Assembly: GCA_037917675.1 (NCBI GenBank)
Contig: JAVCBW010000057.1
Location: 1 to 54,035, forward strand
Length of the DNA: 54,035 bases
Direction: 5' to 3'
Source of the DNA: Thermoproteota archaeon
GTDB taxonomy: Archaea > Korarchaeota > Korarchaeia > B14-G2
Part shown: piece after piece, positions 28,400 to 38,758 of the stretch
Numbering within the stretch: position 1 is the first letter of the stretch
Layout: each line of letters opens with the position of its first letter
Notes under the pieces: generated by a model
What the model was told of the DNA's origin: nothing
Databases searched by the model: none
The model's input: only the letters and a program-made list of their open reading frames with translations
Made by a program: the position numbers and the translations under genes

Positions 28400-29305
28400 T
28401 CAGCGCATGATCTTATAAAGCTTGTTTAGATCCAGTTTTCCCCTCGCTTTCTGCGATATCTTTTTTATAGTCTCTCTCCAGAGATCTAAAGGAATCTTCT
28501 CTGAGGGTGAAATAGGGTCTAAGGGTGGAAGCTCTGCCAGCTCTCTGTAATATGGTAGAATACCTAAAATCTCCATCCCAATTCTTCTTCCATAGATTCT
28601 CTTCATCCTCTTCAACCCTAAGTTCAAGTATTTCTCCCCTATTCCCATGGACAATAGCTCCTCTTCCATGAACTTGTTTAGTATTACTCCCTTGACCATT
28701 TCTCTTTCCTCCTTTTCGAGGTAGGATAGAGCTCCTGGTATTGAGTCTAAATTGTCGGTAACGAAGATAACTGGAGCATCAGCGATCTTGGCAGTCTCCA
28801 TGTTGGCTATGCCAATTAGATCAGAGAGAGGGCCGAAGCCTAGGAGCTTAGAGGGTCCAGAGCCCTCAATAACGACTATATCATACTCCCTTGATAGGCT
28901 TTCAATGCATCTTTCAGCTGCTTCCCTTATATCCTTATAGCTCTCTCTTATCCCGAGGAGCCCCTTTAAGGAGGATAGGATGAAATCTTTCCTTGGATCA
29001 TATCCTCTTTCAATGCATTTCCCTTCTAGAAATAGGTCAAACCTTCCATTACCCAGTGGTTTGAGGGTGAAGGGGTTCATCCTATAATCTGGCTCTGTCC
29101 CAGCAGCAATGGCCTGCAATGCCTGAGCGTATCCAAACTCCCTACCTTCCTTAACATAGGTTACAGGAGTTAAGTTTAAGGTTTTATAGGGTGTAACCTT
29201 ATATCCATCCTCGCTGAAAAGCCTGCAGAGCAAAGCAACCAGAAAGCTTTTCCCAACCCCAGTTCCAAAACCAGTAGCTTGAACCATAATCTTCTTCGCA
29301 ACCAT
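28400..29305 (-). CDS. Cobyric acid synthase (CobQ/CbiP)-like protein, synthetase domain only
   Basis: IMVQATGFGTGVGKS..VALLCR, AQALQAIAAG.EP..RMNP..LKP, VVIEGSG, GVILNKF, LGILPY; no C-terminal GATase domain; AT-richer than the host genes. Confidence 0.75.
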   Translation of the reverse strand: MVAKKIMVQATGFGTGVGKSFLVALLCRLFSEDGYKVTPYKTLNLTPVTYVKEGREFGYAQALQAIAAGTEPDYRMNPFTLKPLGNGRFDLFLEGKCIERGYDPRKDFILSSLKGLLGIRESYKDIREAAERCIESLSREYDIVVIEGSGPSKLLGFGPLSDLIGIANMETAKIADAPVIFVTDNLDSIPGALSYLEKEEREMVKGVILNKFMEEELLSMGIGEKYLNLGLKRMKRIYGRRIGMEILGILPYYRELAELPPLDPISPSEKIPLDLWRETIKKISQKARGKLDLNKLYKIMR

Positions 29306-29518
29306 ATCATCTACAGAGAAGAGAATCTAGGATATTTAAGATTTAGATTTTTGAAAGTAGCTGAATACTCCTCCACCATACCCCCAGGCTGAACAAGCTA
29401 GGTCATCAGTAAAACCTGAGGCCTACAGCAAGAGGAGGTGGCTGAAGGCCTAATATTTCAGTAGGCTTCTATCCTAGCGACTATTGGAGGTTGCAGCTAT
29501 GCCATAGGCTCTAGGCAT

Positions 29519-30304
29519 CTATGGTTTAATGCCTACTCCAGCATCTACCCAGAGCTTCTCCGTTACCTTCCTATACCCTAGCTTCGTGTACACTCTTATA
29601 GCAGGGTAGTTATCTGATCTCGTGAAGAGAGCTGCTATCTCAGCTTTCTCTAAGGCTTCTCCTGTTACAGCTGAGGTGGCTAGCGTCGCATAGCCTCTGT
29701 TCCTGTAGGCTGGATGTGTGTATACTCCACCTATCATCCAGATTTCAGGCATCTGGATGAATGAGCTAGCACATGAGACCAGCCTTCCTTCAAGGAAGAC
29801 CCCATAGAATAGCCTGCTCTCCAAGCTTGCTCTGATATCCTCAAGCTTAGGCTGAGGTCTATCTGCTCTAGTTGAGAGCAGCTGGTAGAGCTGCTCAGCA
29901 TCACCTAGGCTAAGCCTCTTGACAAGCTTAGACTCATAGAGGCATGCCTCCCCCCGCTTAACAGCCATCCAAACCTCTCTGTACACTCTTGAGCTAGGAA
30001 GCCTACCTAGAACTAGGTCAGCTATGTGATGAGGGATATGTGCGATGAGCTTCTCTTGAGGAATGTAGCTGACAAGCTCTGCTACAGCTCTCCTAGAGCC
30101 CTCCACGCAAACTGATGGATAAGCTGCCCCATGGTAGATGAGCACATAGCCTTCAACCCTACCCTCATCGAGGTAAGCATATACCTCTGTGTTCTCGAAG
30201 TCATACTCGAGATCATAGACTGCAAAGACATTACCTAGCAGGTCACGCTTAAGCTGCTGTGCTATAGTCTTCCTCATATCCTCCGTGACATATAACACGG
30301 GCAT
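29519..30304 (-). CDS. GNAT family N-acetyltransferase
   Basis: IGGVYTHPAYRNRGYAT acetyl-CoA motif; N.PAIRVYTKLGY. Confidence 0.9.
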   Translation of the reverse strand: MPVLYVTEDMRKTIAQQLKRDLLGNVFAVYDLEYDFENTEVYAYLDEGRVEGYVLIYHGAAYPSVCVEGSRRAVAELVSYIPQEKLIAHIPHHIADLVLGRLPSSRVYREVWMAVKRGEACLYESKLVKRLSLGDAEQLYQLLSTRADRPQPKLEDIRASLESRLFYGVFLEGRLVSCASSFIQMPEIWMIGGVYTHPAYRNRGYATLATSAVTGEALEKAEIAALFTRSDNYPAIRVYTKLGYRKVTEKLWVDAGVGIKP

Positions 30305-30977
30305 CCACTCTCATCCTCACATGCCCTCAGACAGTGAGGCAGGGATGAGATATGGCATACAGCCACCTCTCAGGTACACCTCAGCTGCCTCCATAGACCA
30401 TGTGACCCGAAACCTGAGCCATACCCTTACAGGCTGGAGAGCCTCTCATAGAAGACTTCAGCATGCCACCTAGGTAGACTGTACACGTACGATATACTAT
30501 CCAGCTCTCCTATCCTGCCTCCAATAACCTCACCAAGCATAGAGGCACCTAAGCAGCATTCTGACAGGAGTTAAAAGCTTTAGCTCTGAGGCCTCCTCCA
30601 CCTCCAGGAGAGAAATGAGACATGAGTACATGTCATGGCAAGCAGGACATGCAGCATGCACCCATCTGGCTCCTCTGAAGGAGGTAAAGTCTAGTGTAGC
30701 GTACATGTGTCAGAAAAGGCAGTAAACACCACTACAGCCCAATTACCTGAGCATATAGGTGGCGCTAAGCAGCTACCATGCTACACTGTGATAAGCCTAC
30801 TCTAGCAGCAGGGAGGTAATGTAAGCTTGCTGAGCTCAAAGAGGAATATAGCAGCTACCAGAACAGCTCAGGACCTGCAGCCGGTTCTGCTGCACCATAT
30901 ATGCTCTATCCAGCAGTACAGCTTATCCTTCCTGCCACACCTATACTAAGGCTTTTTAGGGAGAGGTAGCTAGTAGG

Positions 30978-32294
30978 TTGGGGTCTAGTATGGAGTGGGG
31001 TAGAGTTGATCTCTCTATTGATGAGATGCCTCGCTTCTGGTATAATATAGTTCCTGACTTACCTGAGCCTCTCCCTCCACCTAGGGACCCTGAGGAGGGG
31101 CCTTCTAGGCTTGAGTTCCTGTCTAGGGTGATGATTGGAGAGTGCTTGAGACAGGAGAGCTCAGGTGAGAGGTGGGTTAAGATCCCTGAGGAGGTTCTAG
31201 AGCTCTATGTGCAGGCTGGTAGGCCTAGGCCCCTCTACAGGGCCCTCAGGCTTGAGAGGAGGCTTAAGCTTGAGAAGGTCAAGCTGTTCTACAAGAGGGA
31301 AGACCTCTCTCCAACCGGGTCACATAAGGTGAATACAGCGCTAGCTCAAGCCTACTATGCCTGGAAGGAGGGTAAGGCCATACTCGTCACAGAGACTGGA
31401 GCAGGACAGTGGGGTACAGCCCTGTCTTATGCTGCCTGCCTCATGGGCTTAAGCTGCGTGGTCTTCTGGGTTAGGTCAGTCTACAGCTGGAAGAGAGAGC
31501 GTAGAACATTCATGAGGCTCTATGGAGCCAGAGTACACGCGTCACCGAGCAGGGAGACTGAGGTCGGTAGGAAGCTCGTTGAGGAGAACCCAGAGCACCC
31601 TGGTTCACTTGGGATAGCCATATCAGAGGGCCTAGAGTATGCTAGCAAGCATGAGGGAGCAGTCTACTGCCTCGGCAGTGTCCTAAACCACGTCCTGCTA
31701 CACCAGACCATCATAGGGCTAGAGACACTAAAGCAGTTTGAGAAGATAGACATGGAGCCAGATCTGATAGTAGCATGCCTAGGAGGAGGCTCAAACTTCG
31801 GTGGCATAGCCCTACCATTCATGGGAGAAGTCCTACAGGGCAAGCGGGAATGCGAGTTCCTAGCAGCCCAGTCTGAAGCTGCACCAAACCTCATCAGAGG
31901 CGAGTACAGGTATGACTTCGGTGATGTAGCAGAGTACACTCCAATGCTCAAGATGTACACGCTAGGCCACAGAGCAGAGATGCCTCCGATAAAGGCAGAT
32001 GGCCTAAGATACCATGGCGCAGCCCCCATAATCAGCTTACTGAGACACCACGGGGTAGTGAAGGCAGTAGCCTACCCAACTGACGAGAAGAGCATATTCC
32101 AGGCTGCAAAGCTCTTCACAGAGTCAGAGGGATGGATCCCAGCACCAGAGTCAAGTTACGCAGTGAGGGCAGCCATAGATAAAGCCATAGAATACGAGAG
32201 GAAAGGAGAGGAGAAGGTTATATGCATGAACATCAGCGGACACGGCCTCCTAGACCTCCACGCATACGAGGAGAAGCTCTATAGCACACCATAG
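30978..32294 (+). CDS. trpB2: TrpB2-type tryptophan synthase beta-like PLP enzyme
   Basis: WYNI.PDLP.PLPPP, GSHKVNTA (PLP Lys), TETGAGQWG, GSVLNHV, GGGSN, LRYHG, PAPES, SGHG. Start may be ATG 30990. Confidence 0.93.
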   Translation: MGSSMEWGRVDLSIDEMPRFWYNIVPDLPEPLPPPRDPEEGPSRLEFLSRVMIGECLRQESSGERWVKIPEEVLELYVQAGRPRPLYRALRLERRLKLEKVKLFYKREDLSPTGSHKVNTALAQAYYAWKEGKAILVTETGAGQWGTALSYAACLMGLSCVVFWVRSVYSWKRERRTFMRLYGARVHASPSRETEVGRKLVEENPEHPGSLGIAISEGLEYASKHEGAVYCLGSVLNHVLLHQTIIGLETLKQFEKIDMEPDLIVACLGGGSNFGGIALPFMGEVLQGKRECEFLAAQSEAAPNLIRGEYRYDFGDVAEYTPMLKMYTLGHRAEMPPIKADGLRYHGAAPIISLLRHHGVVKAVAYPTDEKSIFQAAKLFTESEGWIPAPESSYAVRAAIDKAIEYERKGEEKVICMNISGHGLLDLHAYEEKLYSTP

Positions 32295-32419
32295 GGAGGC
32301 TATGGAATCCTTCTCAGTAACCTTAATGAAAACCTTAGACTCCTTAGGTATCAGGAGTGTGTCAGGCGTCACCTCGCTATCTTCTTTCCCACCTCACCTA
32401 ATATCGCCATTTCTCAATT

Positions 32420-32722
32420 CCTCTAAGATATTCTAAATCTTTATCTCCGAGCTCAAAGCTATTTTCCTAGCTTCTGGTCAGCTTTGAGGCAGAATGCTAT
32501 TTGGGAGCTTCTGTATCAAGTTTATAAGCAATGAGTTTCAGCATATCAATCACAGAAAAGCTCGTTGATACATGTATCGCAGCTACAAGTCCATTCTCGC
32601 TCACAACAGCATACTTAGAAGGTGAACTATGCCTGACTCATCCTTCACCGGCGGTTTTCAATGAGCTTTAAGCCTGAACTCTCAACAGCACTTCTAATCT
32701 TTCCAGTTCTATCAGGGCTCAT
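32420..32722 (-). pseudogene. Frameshifted remnant of a KaiC-associated REase-like/TackOD1-like protein
   Basis: Fragments in different frames: LEKIRSAVESSGLK, VKDESGIVH, IDMLKLIAYKLDTEA, resembling the G.SG..H.FD ... K..D pattern. Confidence 0.35.
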
Positions 32723-33080
32723 CGCTCTCGACAACTTCTAGGAGAAATTTTGTAATACCTTCTGAATCACCATTCTTTAGGAAGTGGATAAACCTTGCTG
32801 CAGCCTCTCTAGCATCTTGTTCGGGAGCTGCTTTAGCAGAGATGCCTCCAAAGAGGATTTTTAGAGTTTCCTCGTTGTTATTGAAGAAAGCCAACAGGCA
32901 TCTGTAAACTTCCTTTGGCTCCTCTACAGCTGCTAGAAATAGGTCTCTAATTTTTGAATAGCATTCCAAAACTGCAAGAAAACTCTGCTCATACACTTCA
33001 TCAACTACTCTACCCAGTTTCCTAGCTGCATTGATAACTCTTTCCTGCTCCTCACTAGTTTGCTTCTTATCGAAGCCCAT
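32712..33080 (-). CDS. Small KaiC-associated protein (DUF3227-like)
   Basis: Pattern LAVLECY....LFLAAVEEPKEVYRCLLAFF; lies directly downstream of the KaiC remnant. Confidence 0.45.
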   Translation of the reverse strand: MGFDKKQTSEEQERVINAARKLGRVVDEVYEQSFLAVLECYSKIRDLFLAAVEEPKEVYRCLLAFFNNNEETLKILFGGISAKAAPEQDAREAAARFIHFLKNGDSEGITKFLLEVVESDEP

Positions 33081-33092
33081 AGGCTCTCCACT

Positions 33093-33610
33093 CTAATCAT
33101 GAATTATGACCTCGCCTTTCTCGAATTCTATGTAACGCATCCTTTTATTGTGGATTGAAACCCTCTCCTTTAAAACCGCGATCTTACGTTTCACTTCATT
33201 TTCTTCTTTTTCGAACCATAGAGCTACTACGTTGTCAGCTATGGTGCTAAGCTCAGCTATCTCGCCTTTAACTAGGTCTTTTAAGCGTGGTCATCATAAC
33301 AGTTGTCCCTCTGCTTTTGACAGTAAAGCAAAGTTCCTCGCCACCTCTAGGAATTCCTCTCGCTCATAATGGAGTTCTAAGGCTCCTAAACCATCTATAA
33401 TGAGTCTCGAGGGGGCAAACTCCTCATGGATCCATCTGAAGAACTCATAGTACAAGCCTGACGTCATGCCTTGCGAGCTATGTGAGATTATCTTTAGATT
33501 CCTCTCGAGCTGCTCTGGGTCAAACCCTAAGTCCCTGATCATGTTCTCAAGTTGCTTAGCTGACTCCTTATAACTTACGTAAACGTTTTTCACGAGTGGG
33601 GCTGCCTCAA
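33093..33610 (-). pseudogene. KaiC/RAD55-family ATPase remnant (C-terminal domain; 5'-truncated, frameshift near 33305)
   Basis: VYVSYKES..QL...LGFD, RLIIDGL (Walker B); after the frameshift TVMMTT...LSTIADNVVALWF...KRKIAVLKERVSIHNKRMRYIEFEKGEV, stop at 33093. No Walker A. Confidence 0.75.
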
Positions 33611-33614
33611 GGCA

Positions 33615-34202
33615 TTATGCTCTCGTGTATAGCTCTACTGCCAGCTTTAAGCAAGCTTTTCTAGCCTTCTCATCTGCGTAGGGAGTCACTATTATCAGCC
33701 TATCTGGCTTCACACCCTCCTTCTCATAGTATAGCTCAGCCTTCTTCTTGAGCTCTGAGACATCTGATGCTCTAGCATGTGAAGTTACCTCGATAAGTAT
33801 CAGCTTCCCATCTGAAACTACGACATCCACCTCAACCTTACTCGGATACCCATACACTAACCCCTTCTCATCATACGTCGTCCACCTCTCAACCTTCGCT
33901 CCAAACTCCTCCTCCAGAATCCCCCTCAAAGCACTTCTAAAAGCCTCCTCACTATAAACCCCCCACCTAGCACCTAAGGCAACAATATGCCTCTCAACCC
34001 TCTCAAACCCCTTAACCATGTCCTCCCTAAGCTTGTTCATGTCCTCCCTAAGCCTATTCATGTCCTCCCTAAGCTTAACTAGCTGCTCCTCATGCCTATC
34101 AAGCCTCTCTAAGACCTCCCTCAACCCTATCAAGCCTGCCACAGCATACCTAAACTCCTCATCCTCCTTCAAAAGCCTCAGAAACTCCTGCCTAACACCC
34201 AT
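33615..34202 (-). CDS. Coiled-coil + PD-(D/E)XK nuclease family protein (DUF3782/DUF1626-like)
   Basis: EFLRLLKEDEEFRYAVAGLIG, heptad repeats, ALGARWG..SEEAFR, VEVDVVV....ILIEVTS; ATG at 34202 preferred over TTG 34232. Confidence 0.85.
   Translation of the reverse strand: MGVRQEFLRLLKEDEEFRYAVAGLIGLREVLERLDRHEEQLVKLREDMNRLREDMNKLREDMVKGFERVERHIVALGARWGVYSEEAFRSALRGILEEEFGAKVERWTTYDEKGLVYGYPSKVEVDVVVSDGKLILIEVTSHARASDVSELKKKAELYYEKEGVKPDRLIIVTPYADEKARKACLKLAVELYTRA
34017..34079. repeat. Three 21-bp tandem repeats encoding heptads (LREDMNR/LREDMNK/LREDMVK)
   Basis: CATGTCCTCCCTAAGC core at 34017, 34038 and 34059. Confidence 0.9.
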
Positions 34203-34752
34203 ATAAACTCCTCTAAAAGACAACAGTGTCAAAGATCTTTTTAAAGATCACGGTTCGAGCAGCCCAAGAGCCTCAGGAGAAACACACTACAATAACAACT
34301 CGTGGCTACAAAAGAGGGTATTAAGAACGCGAAACACCTAGCTGAGAAGCTATCCCTCAGGCTTTATACCCTCTTTTTTAAGAGATTTAGCCAACCCACC
34401 AGCATCCTACACCTCCTTTACCCCCTGAAGCTCATGCACATTGCCTTGAAGCTTTCTCGGCATCAACTCCAACCGGGAAACCTGTGCTATTTGAGCGGTT
34501 CTCTTCTATTCCACGCCCTCCCAACCTGAGCTGTGGCCACTAGGCTGTCCCATAGCCTCCATGGCAGCTTGAGCCTGCTTTCAGCTCTCCAGCTTCCTAG
34601 AAGCCCCTGCGAGCTGACTCAAGCCACCATAGGCACGCTGCTAACCTAGCTATAGGACCTCTCGATACAGTAGGCTTCAAGACAATAGAGCGACAACATG
34701 GGTTAAAGCATTTATCTCATCTTGCTACACATGGTGTCAGGAGGGATGTAGC

Positions 34753-35514
34753 ATGTGTAGGCTGCTTGCCATGACTTGCAACCTTAAAACCGACTTGAAG
34801 CTCTCGTTCAAGAAGCTATGTGAGGTCGCTCGGAAGCATGGGCATGGAGATGGCTGGGGCATAGCCTGGCTTGATGACGGCGGCTTCAGCTTAGAGAAGC
34901 ATGGTAAAGCCATCTGGGAAGATGATAGAGCATGGCGCCTAATTAAGAGCATCAGGAGCAGGCTCATCATCATACACGCCAGGAAGCGTAGCGCAGTTTC
35001 CCCGAGGGCTGCAGACGTCAACTCCCACCCCTTCCTCCACAGAGCCCTAGGACGCGACTGGGTGTTCGCCCACAATGGCTGGGTAAACTCCCCCAAGCCT
35101 AGAGGCAATCTGACAAGCGAAGGAGTCGACAGCGAGAAGTTCTTCCTATACCTCCTCGAGGTAATAGAGGAAGCCGGTAGAGAAGAGCCTGACGCCATCC
35201 CAGAAGCCTTAAAAGAAGCCCTGTCTCCAAGCAGAGGAGTCGAGGTGAAGAGCTCACTAAACTTCATTCTAGCAAGCAAAAGCTACCTATACGCATTCCG
35301 ATACTACATACACAACCCCAGCTACTACAGCCTATATTGGCTCACGAGAACATCGAGGAACTCTAAAATTAAGAAGCAAGCTGGCGAAGTCGCCCTCATC
35401 ATCTCCTCCGAGAAGCTAAGCAACGAACCCTGGAAACCAATAGAAAACGGACAGATGCTCATCGCTGAAGTCGGCAGACCAAAATCCCACAAACTACTCA
35501 AAATCCTCCCCTAA
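34753..35514 (+). CDS. Class II (Ntn) glutamine amidotransferase, YafJ/EgtC-like
   Basis: MCRLL N-terminal Cys, HGDGWG, HAR, NSHPF, FAHNG, DSE, SSEKL. Confidence 0.9.
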   Translation: MCRLLAMTCNLKTDLKLSFKKLCEVARKHGHGDGWGIAWLDDGGFSLEKHGKAIWEDDRAWRLIKSIRSRLIIIHARKRSAVSPRAADVNSHPFLHRALGRDWVFAHNGWVNSPKPRGNLTSEGVDSEKFFLYLLEVIEEAGREEPDAIPEALKEALSPSRGVEVKSSLNFILASKSYLYAFRYYIHNPSYYSLYWLTRTSRNSKIKKQAGEVALIISSEKLSNEPWKPIENGQMLIAEVGRPKSHKLLKILP

Positions 35515-35971
35515 ACGCCCCGCACCCACAAACTCCCCAGGCATTGTCGTTGAATTCTACACGTTGGCTGCAACAGGCAAGCGGTAGTGGGTTGAGCGTG
35601 ATGAATATATAAGTATAATTTATGTGCTCCTCTAGAGGATGAATTAAAACCTCTTATGCAAAACATAACTCTACTAAAGGAGAATGCCAAAAGCTATCTG
35701 AGTGAAACTAGGAAATCTTTAAGAAGAGAGTACAGATCTAGACCGAATGAATATTCAATATTCGAAATTTCTTTCATATCATCACCACCTGATATTATAT
35801 AGCATGATGCGAGATGACTACTGGGGAATCTCGCGGTGGGTAAATTCGATTTCTCCATCTCTTCTACAAAGTGGAAACTGAAATCTTGGGAATTGACAAA
35901 GGAGATTCGTGGAGGTAAATAGGATATCGAAAATTTTTAATTTAAGTTCTGAAGATGTTTCATGATACTGT

Positions 35972-36874
35972 ATGGAGAGAGCTGCTATAGTGAACATCAG
36001 AAGCTTCTCACATCCTCATGTTAAATCTATATATTTAGAGGGGCTCTGGGGGTTTCCAGACAGCAAGATTAACAGGAAAAGATGGGGTGCCTTAAAACCC
36101 GAAATGCCCATACTCCTCTATGGTGAGCATAGAGGAGTGAGGGGGATCTGGGCTCTCTGCAGGCTTGTAAGCAAGGAGCGAGCTAGTGGACCAGTGGAAT
36201 ACTGGGAGCCTCCTACTGGCTATCCTCTTCTTATTCACTTGGAGTGCATTCTACCTCAAAAGCTGAGATCGGAGGGTGATTTGAGAGATATAAGTCCGAT
36301 TATGAAGGAGGAACTTGTTTCTGCATTCTCAATAGATGCTTTCAGGCAGAAAGCGGATAGATGGTCTCTATATGTCTTCGGAAAGGAGAAAGGCGAGGGA
36401 ATAACGTATCTAATACCCAAGTTTGAGGGAGTCAAGACAGAGTTTGAAGTTAGGAACACGGTTACGCGTTTAGATAGACCTGACCATGAGAAGTTGAAGA
36501 AAGTGATATGCGAAATAGGCAGGATGCAGAGGAGGTATGTGTATACCGAGTATCCGATTGAGGATAAAAAGTTGGATGTTGTCTGGAAGAAACTCCAGAA
36601 GGAAAATGCTATTCCCTATATAGTCTGGGAGATCTCGATAACTGGCGATATTTTTGCAGATTTAGCAAAGCTAAAACACGCGTATGATATGTGGAACTCC
36701 ATACCAGTTCTAGTCACCACAGATGAGAGGATCCAGGAAGTGAAGGAGTGGGTGGAAGGCTCCTTCCACGAGATAAAGGATGTACTTAGAATTATATCTT
36801 GGAGAAAGATAAAAGAGCTTTACGAGAAGAAGAGAGATGTAAAGCATCTAGAGAACGAGCTAAGGATAATTTAG
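35972..36874 (+). CDS. EVE/PUA-like domain + PD-(D/E)XK-like nuclease (putative modification-dependent restriction enzyme)
   Basis: N-terminal GLWG....NRKRW..LKP...LLY....GIW...YW....YP; C-terminal H..LK..I.EIG...EY....LDVVW...PYIVWEI..GD...LAKLKHA; AT-rich. Confidence 0.65.
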   Translation: MERAAIVNIRSFSHPHVKSIYLEGLWGFPDSKINRKRWGALKPEMPILLYGEHRGVRGIWALCRLVSKERASGPVEYWEPPTGYPLLIHLECILPQKLRSEGDLRDISPIMKEELVSAFSIDAFRQKADRWSLYVFGKEKGEGITYLIPKFEGVKTEFEVRNTVTRLDRPDHEKLKKVICEIGRMQRRYVYTEYPIEDKKLDVVWKKLQKENAIPYIVWEISITGDIFADLAKLKHAYDMWNSIPVLVTTDERIQEVKEWVEGSFHEIKDVLRIISWRKIKELYEKKRDVKHLENELRII

Positions 36875-37253
36875 TATACTTCACAACGACCTGGACTAAG
36901 GTTATTACATCGTCTAAGCTTCAGCTAATCGATAGGGCAGAGCCTCTGTTAAGCTACCTTAGTAGGGAGCTGAAGGTAGAGATGGAGTTGGAGCCTAAGC
37001 TCCTCAGGAAGCTTGTGCTCTCGCCGACATTCAACATGAATATGATAGCTGGAGGATACATTGAAGCCTCCCGGAACTTTAAGCTGAACTTGGAGAGCCA
37101 CTTCGGGATGATGGAATCATCGCCCCATGCTGATGAGGAAGAATTGCAAGTAATGAAGCTGAGTAATTCTCGATGCGAGTTTTTAGCAATTGATCCATTT
37201 GTCGTTCTCTTAGTGGAGCGGGAAACAATAAATAAATTCTGTATGATTAATGC

Positions 37254-37925
37254 ATGGGGGTGGTCTTGGAGGAGGGTAAGATCTTATATTTTGAGGCGCC
37301 TGGGCCTCAGAACACAGAGTATGTTGTGGCTGTAGTTAAGGAGAGGGTTTTGAGGGGGGATGTTGGGCATATTGTTGTTTGCTCGATGTCGGGGAGAACA
37401 GCATTAAAGGTGGCTAATGCTGTTAGGGGCCTTGATGTCCATGTTTGCTGCGTAACTGGATCAGCCTCCTGGCAAATTCATGGGTACAGATGGCCTCTAG
37501 TACGGGGAGATGCTAGAAGGAAGCTTGAGGAACTGGAGGTTGATATAATTGAGAGGACACCTTCAACATTGAGTGGTGAAACTATAGATTATGGGCTGGC
37601 CAGATATGGGTGGGTTCCAGCTAGCTGGATTGTGGCTGAGACACTGGAGGCTGTCGGCGGGTACGGCTTAAAAACAGCTGTTGAGGGGGTATTAGTTGCA
37701 ACTGACTCGGGAGCAGTGCCACCTTACTTGAAAGTGGTTTCAGTAGCAGGGACGGGGAGTGGCGCGGATACAGCGATAGTAGCGAAGTCGACGTTTTCCG
37801 TTTGCATGTTCAGTCAAGATCCTGAGAAAAGGTTTCAGATACTCGAGATCCTCGCGATGCCTAGGAACAAGGAGTGGCATAAGGCAGTTGTTGCTGGGGA
37901 ATTTCACGTGAAGGAAACGAGATAG
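37254..37925 (+). CDS. Pyruvate kinase C-terminal-like alpha/beta protein (COG1751/DUF1867-like)
   Basis: YFEAPGPQNT, IVVCSMSGRTA, GLKTAVE...ATDSG, AGTGSGADTA, EILAMP. Confidence 0.8.
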   Translation: MGVVLEEGKILYFEAPGPQNTEYVVAVVKERVLRGDVGHIVVCSMSGRTALKVANAVRGLDVHVCCVTGSASWQIHGYRWPLVRGDARRKLEELEVDIIERTPSTLSGETIDYGLARYGWVPASWIVAETLEAVGGYGLKTAVEGVLVATDSGAVPPYLKVVSVAGTGSGADTAIVAKSTFSVCMFSQDPEKRFQILEILAMPRNKEWHKAVVAGEFHVKETR

Positions 37926-38299
37926 AAAATAGACGTGTGGAATGACTGGGGAAGGTGGAGTTACGTGGAACCTTCTCAGGGGGTTTACTTACCTTGGAGT
38001 TCTCAGAGAGGTTCTTGGGAGCTACGCCTCCACGGCTCAATCCTCTATCTCCGACAGAGAGGCTCTTCAAATTCTAAACTTCAACTGGGCTCTAACAGAG
38101 GTTGTCTCCAGCAGGGTACTAGTAGAGACTTTTTGGGAGGTTGCTTCTGCTCTGTTTCTTAGCTATTTACTTAGAAGTTAGAAATCCAGAGTTACTTTCA
38201 CTTTTAGGTGTATAGAGCAAGGTCTCTGTATGCTGGTGTGTTGGTATGGGGGTAGGCTGGGTTCTGGCGGTAGCTTATGGCTGTTTTTGATGTTGGAGG

Positions 38300-38758
38300 C
38301 TACTCTATGCTGAATGAGAGCTCTAGTAGCTGCTTTGACCTGCGGTGCCTGTGCTTTCTGAGCTTTATGGAGCCTATCTCACCTGTGGTTTTGGTGTGCT
38401 GCTTGTTGCAGGCGTTTACGTTCCAGCCTGGTATCTCTATGACTGTAAGCTCCTTTGCTTCCTCTGGTATTGGGAACAGGTCGTATATGAGGTCTCCCCA
38501 CTTTGCTTCAGCCTCCTTTCTGCTCAGCTTATGCACTAGGATGGGAGCGTTCTCCTTGATCTTTCTGTTAGCTTCCTCCTCTATTCTAGCTAGCTCCTCT
38601 TGTGTAGGCTTCCTATGGAACTTTACGGTTAGCCTGCCGTGGCCTCCGCTCACGTGGACTGAGGCAGTCCACTTTGCATCTTGCCCAAGAACCTTGACGA
38701 CAGCACCCTTAAGGACGTGTAGGGCAGTATGAGCTCTGACCTCCATGTCAGAGGCCAC
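38300..38758 (-). CDS. alaXS: Alanyl-tRNA editing protein AlaX-S
   Basis: About 150 aa with HTALH (HxxxH) and CNKQH (CxxxH) Zn motifs; TGEIG. Confidence 0.9.
   Translation of the reverse strand: MASDMEVRAHTALHVLKGAVVKVLGQDAKWTASVHVSGGHGRLTVKFHRKPTQEELARIEEEANRKIKENAPILVHKLSRKEAEAKWGDLIYDLFPIPEEAKELTVIEIPGWNVNACNKQHTKTTGEIGSIKLRKHRHRRSKQLLELSFSIE

Noticed and set aside
34017-34079. Possible mini-CRISPR
   Set aside because: The repeats are contiguous 21-mers with no spacers and lie in frame within a CDS.
34753-35514. Stand-alone GATase as the missing partner of the truncated CobQ
   Set aside because: It is a class II (Ntn) enzyme, whereas CobQ uses a class I triad domain; it is also more than 5 kb away.
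36799-37335. 178-aa ORF bridging two genes
   Set aside because: It overlaps both neighbours out of frame. Only the middle (about 36930-37150) looks like coding debris.
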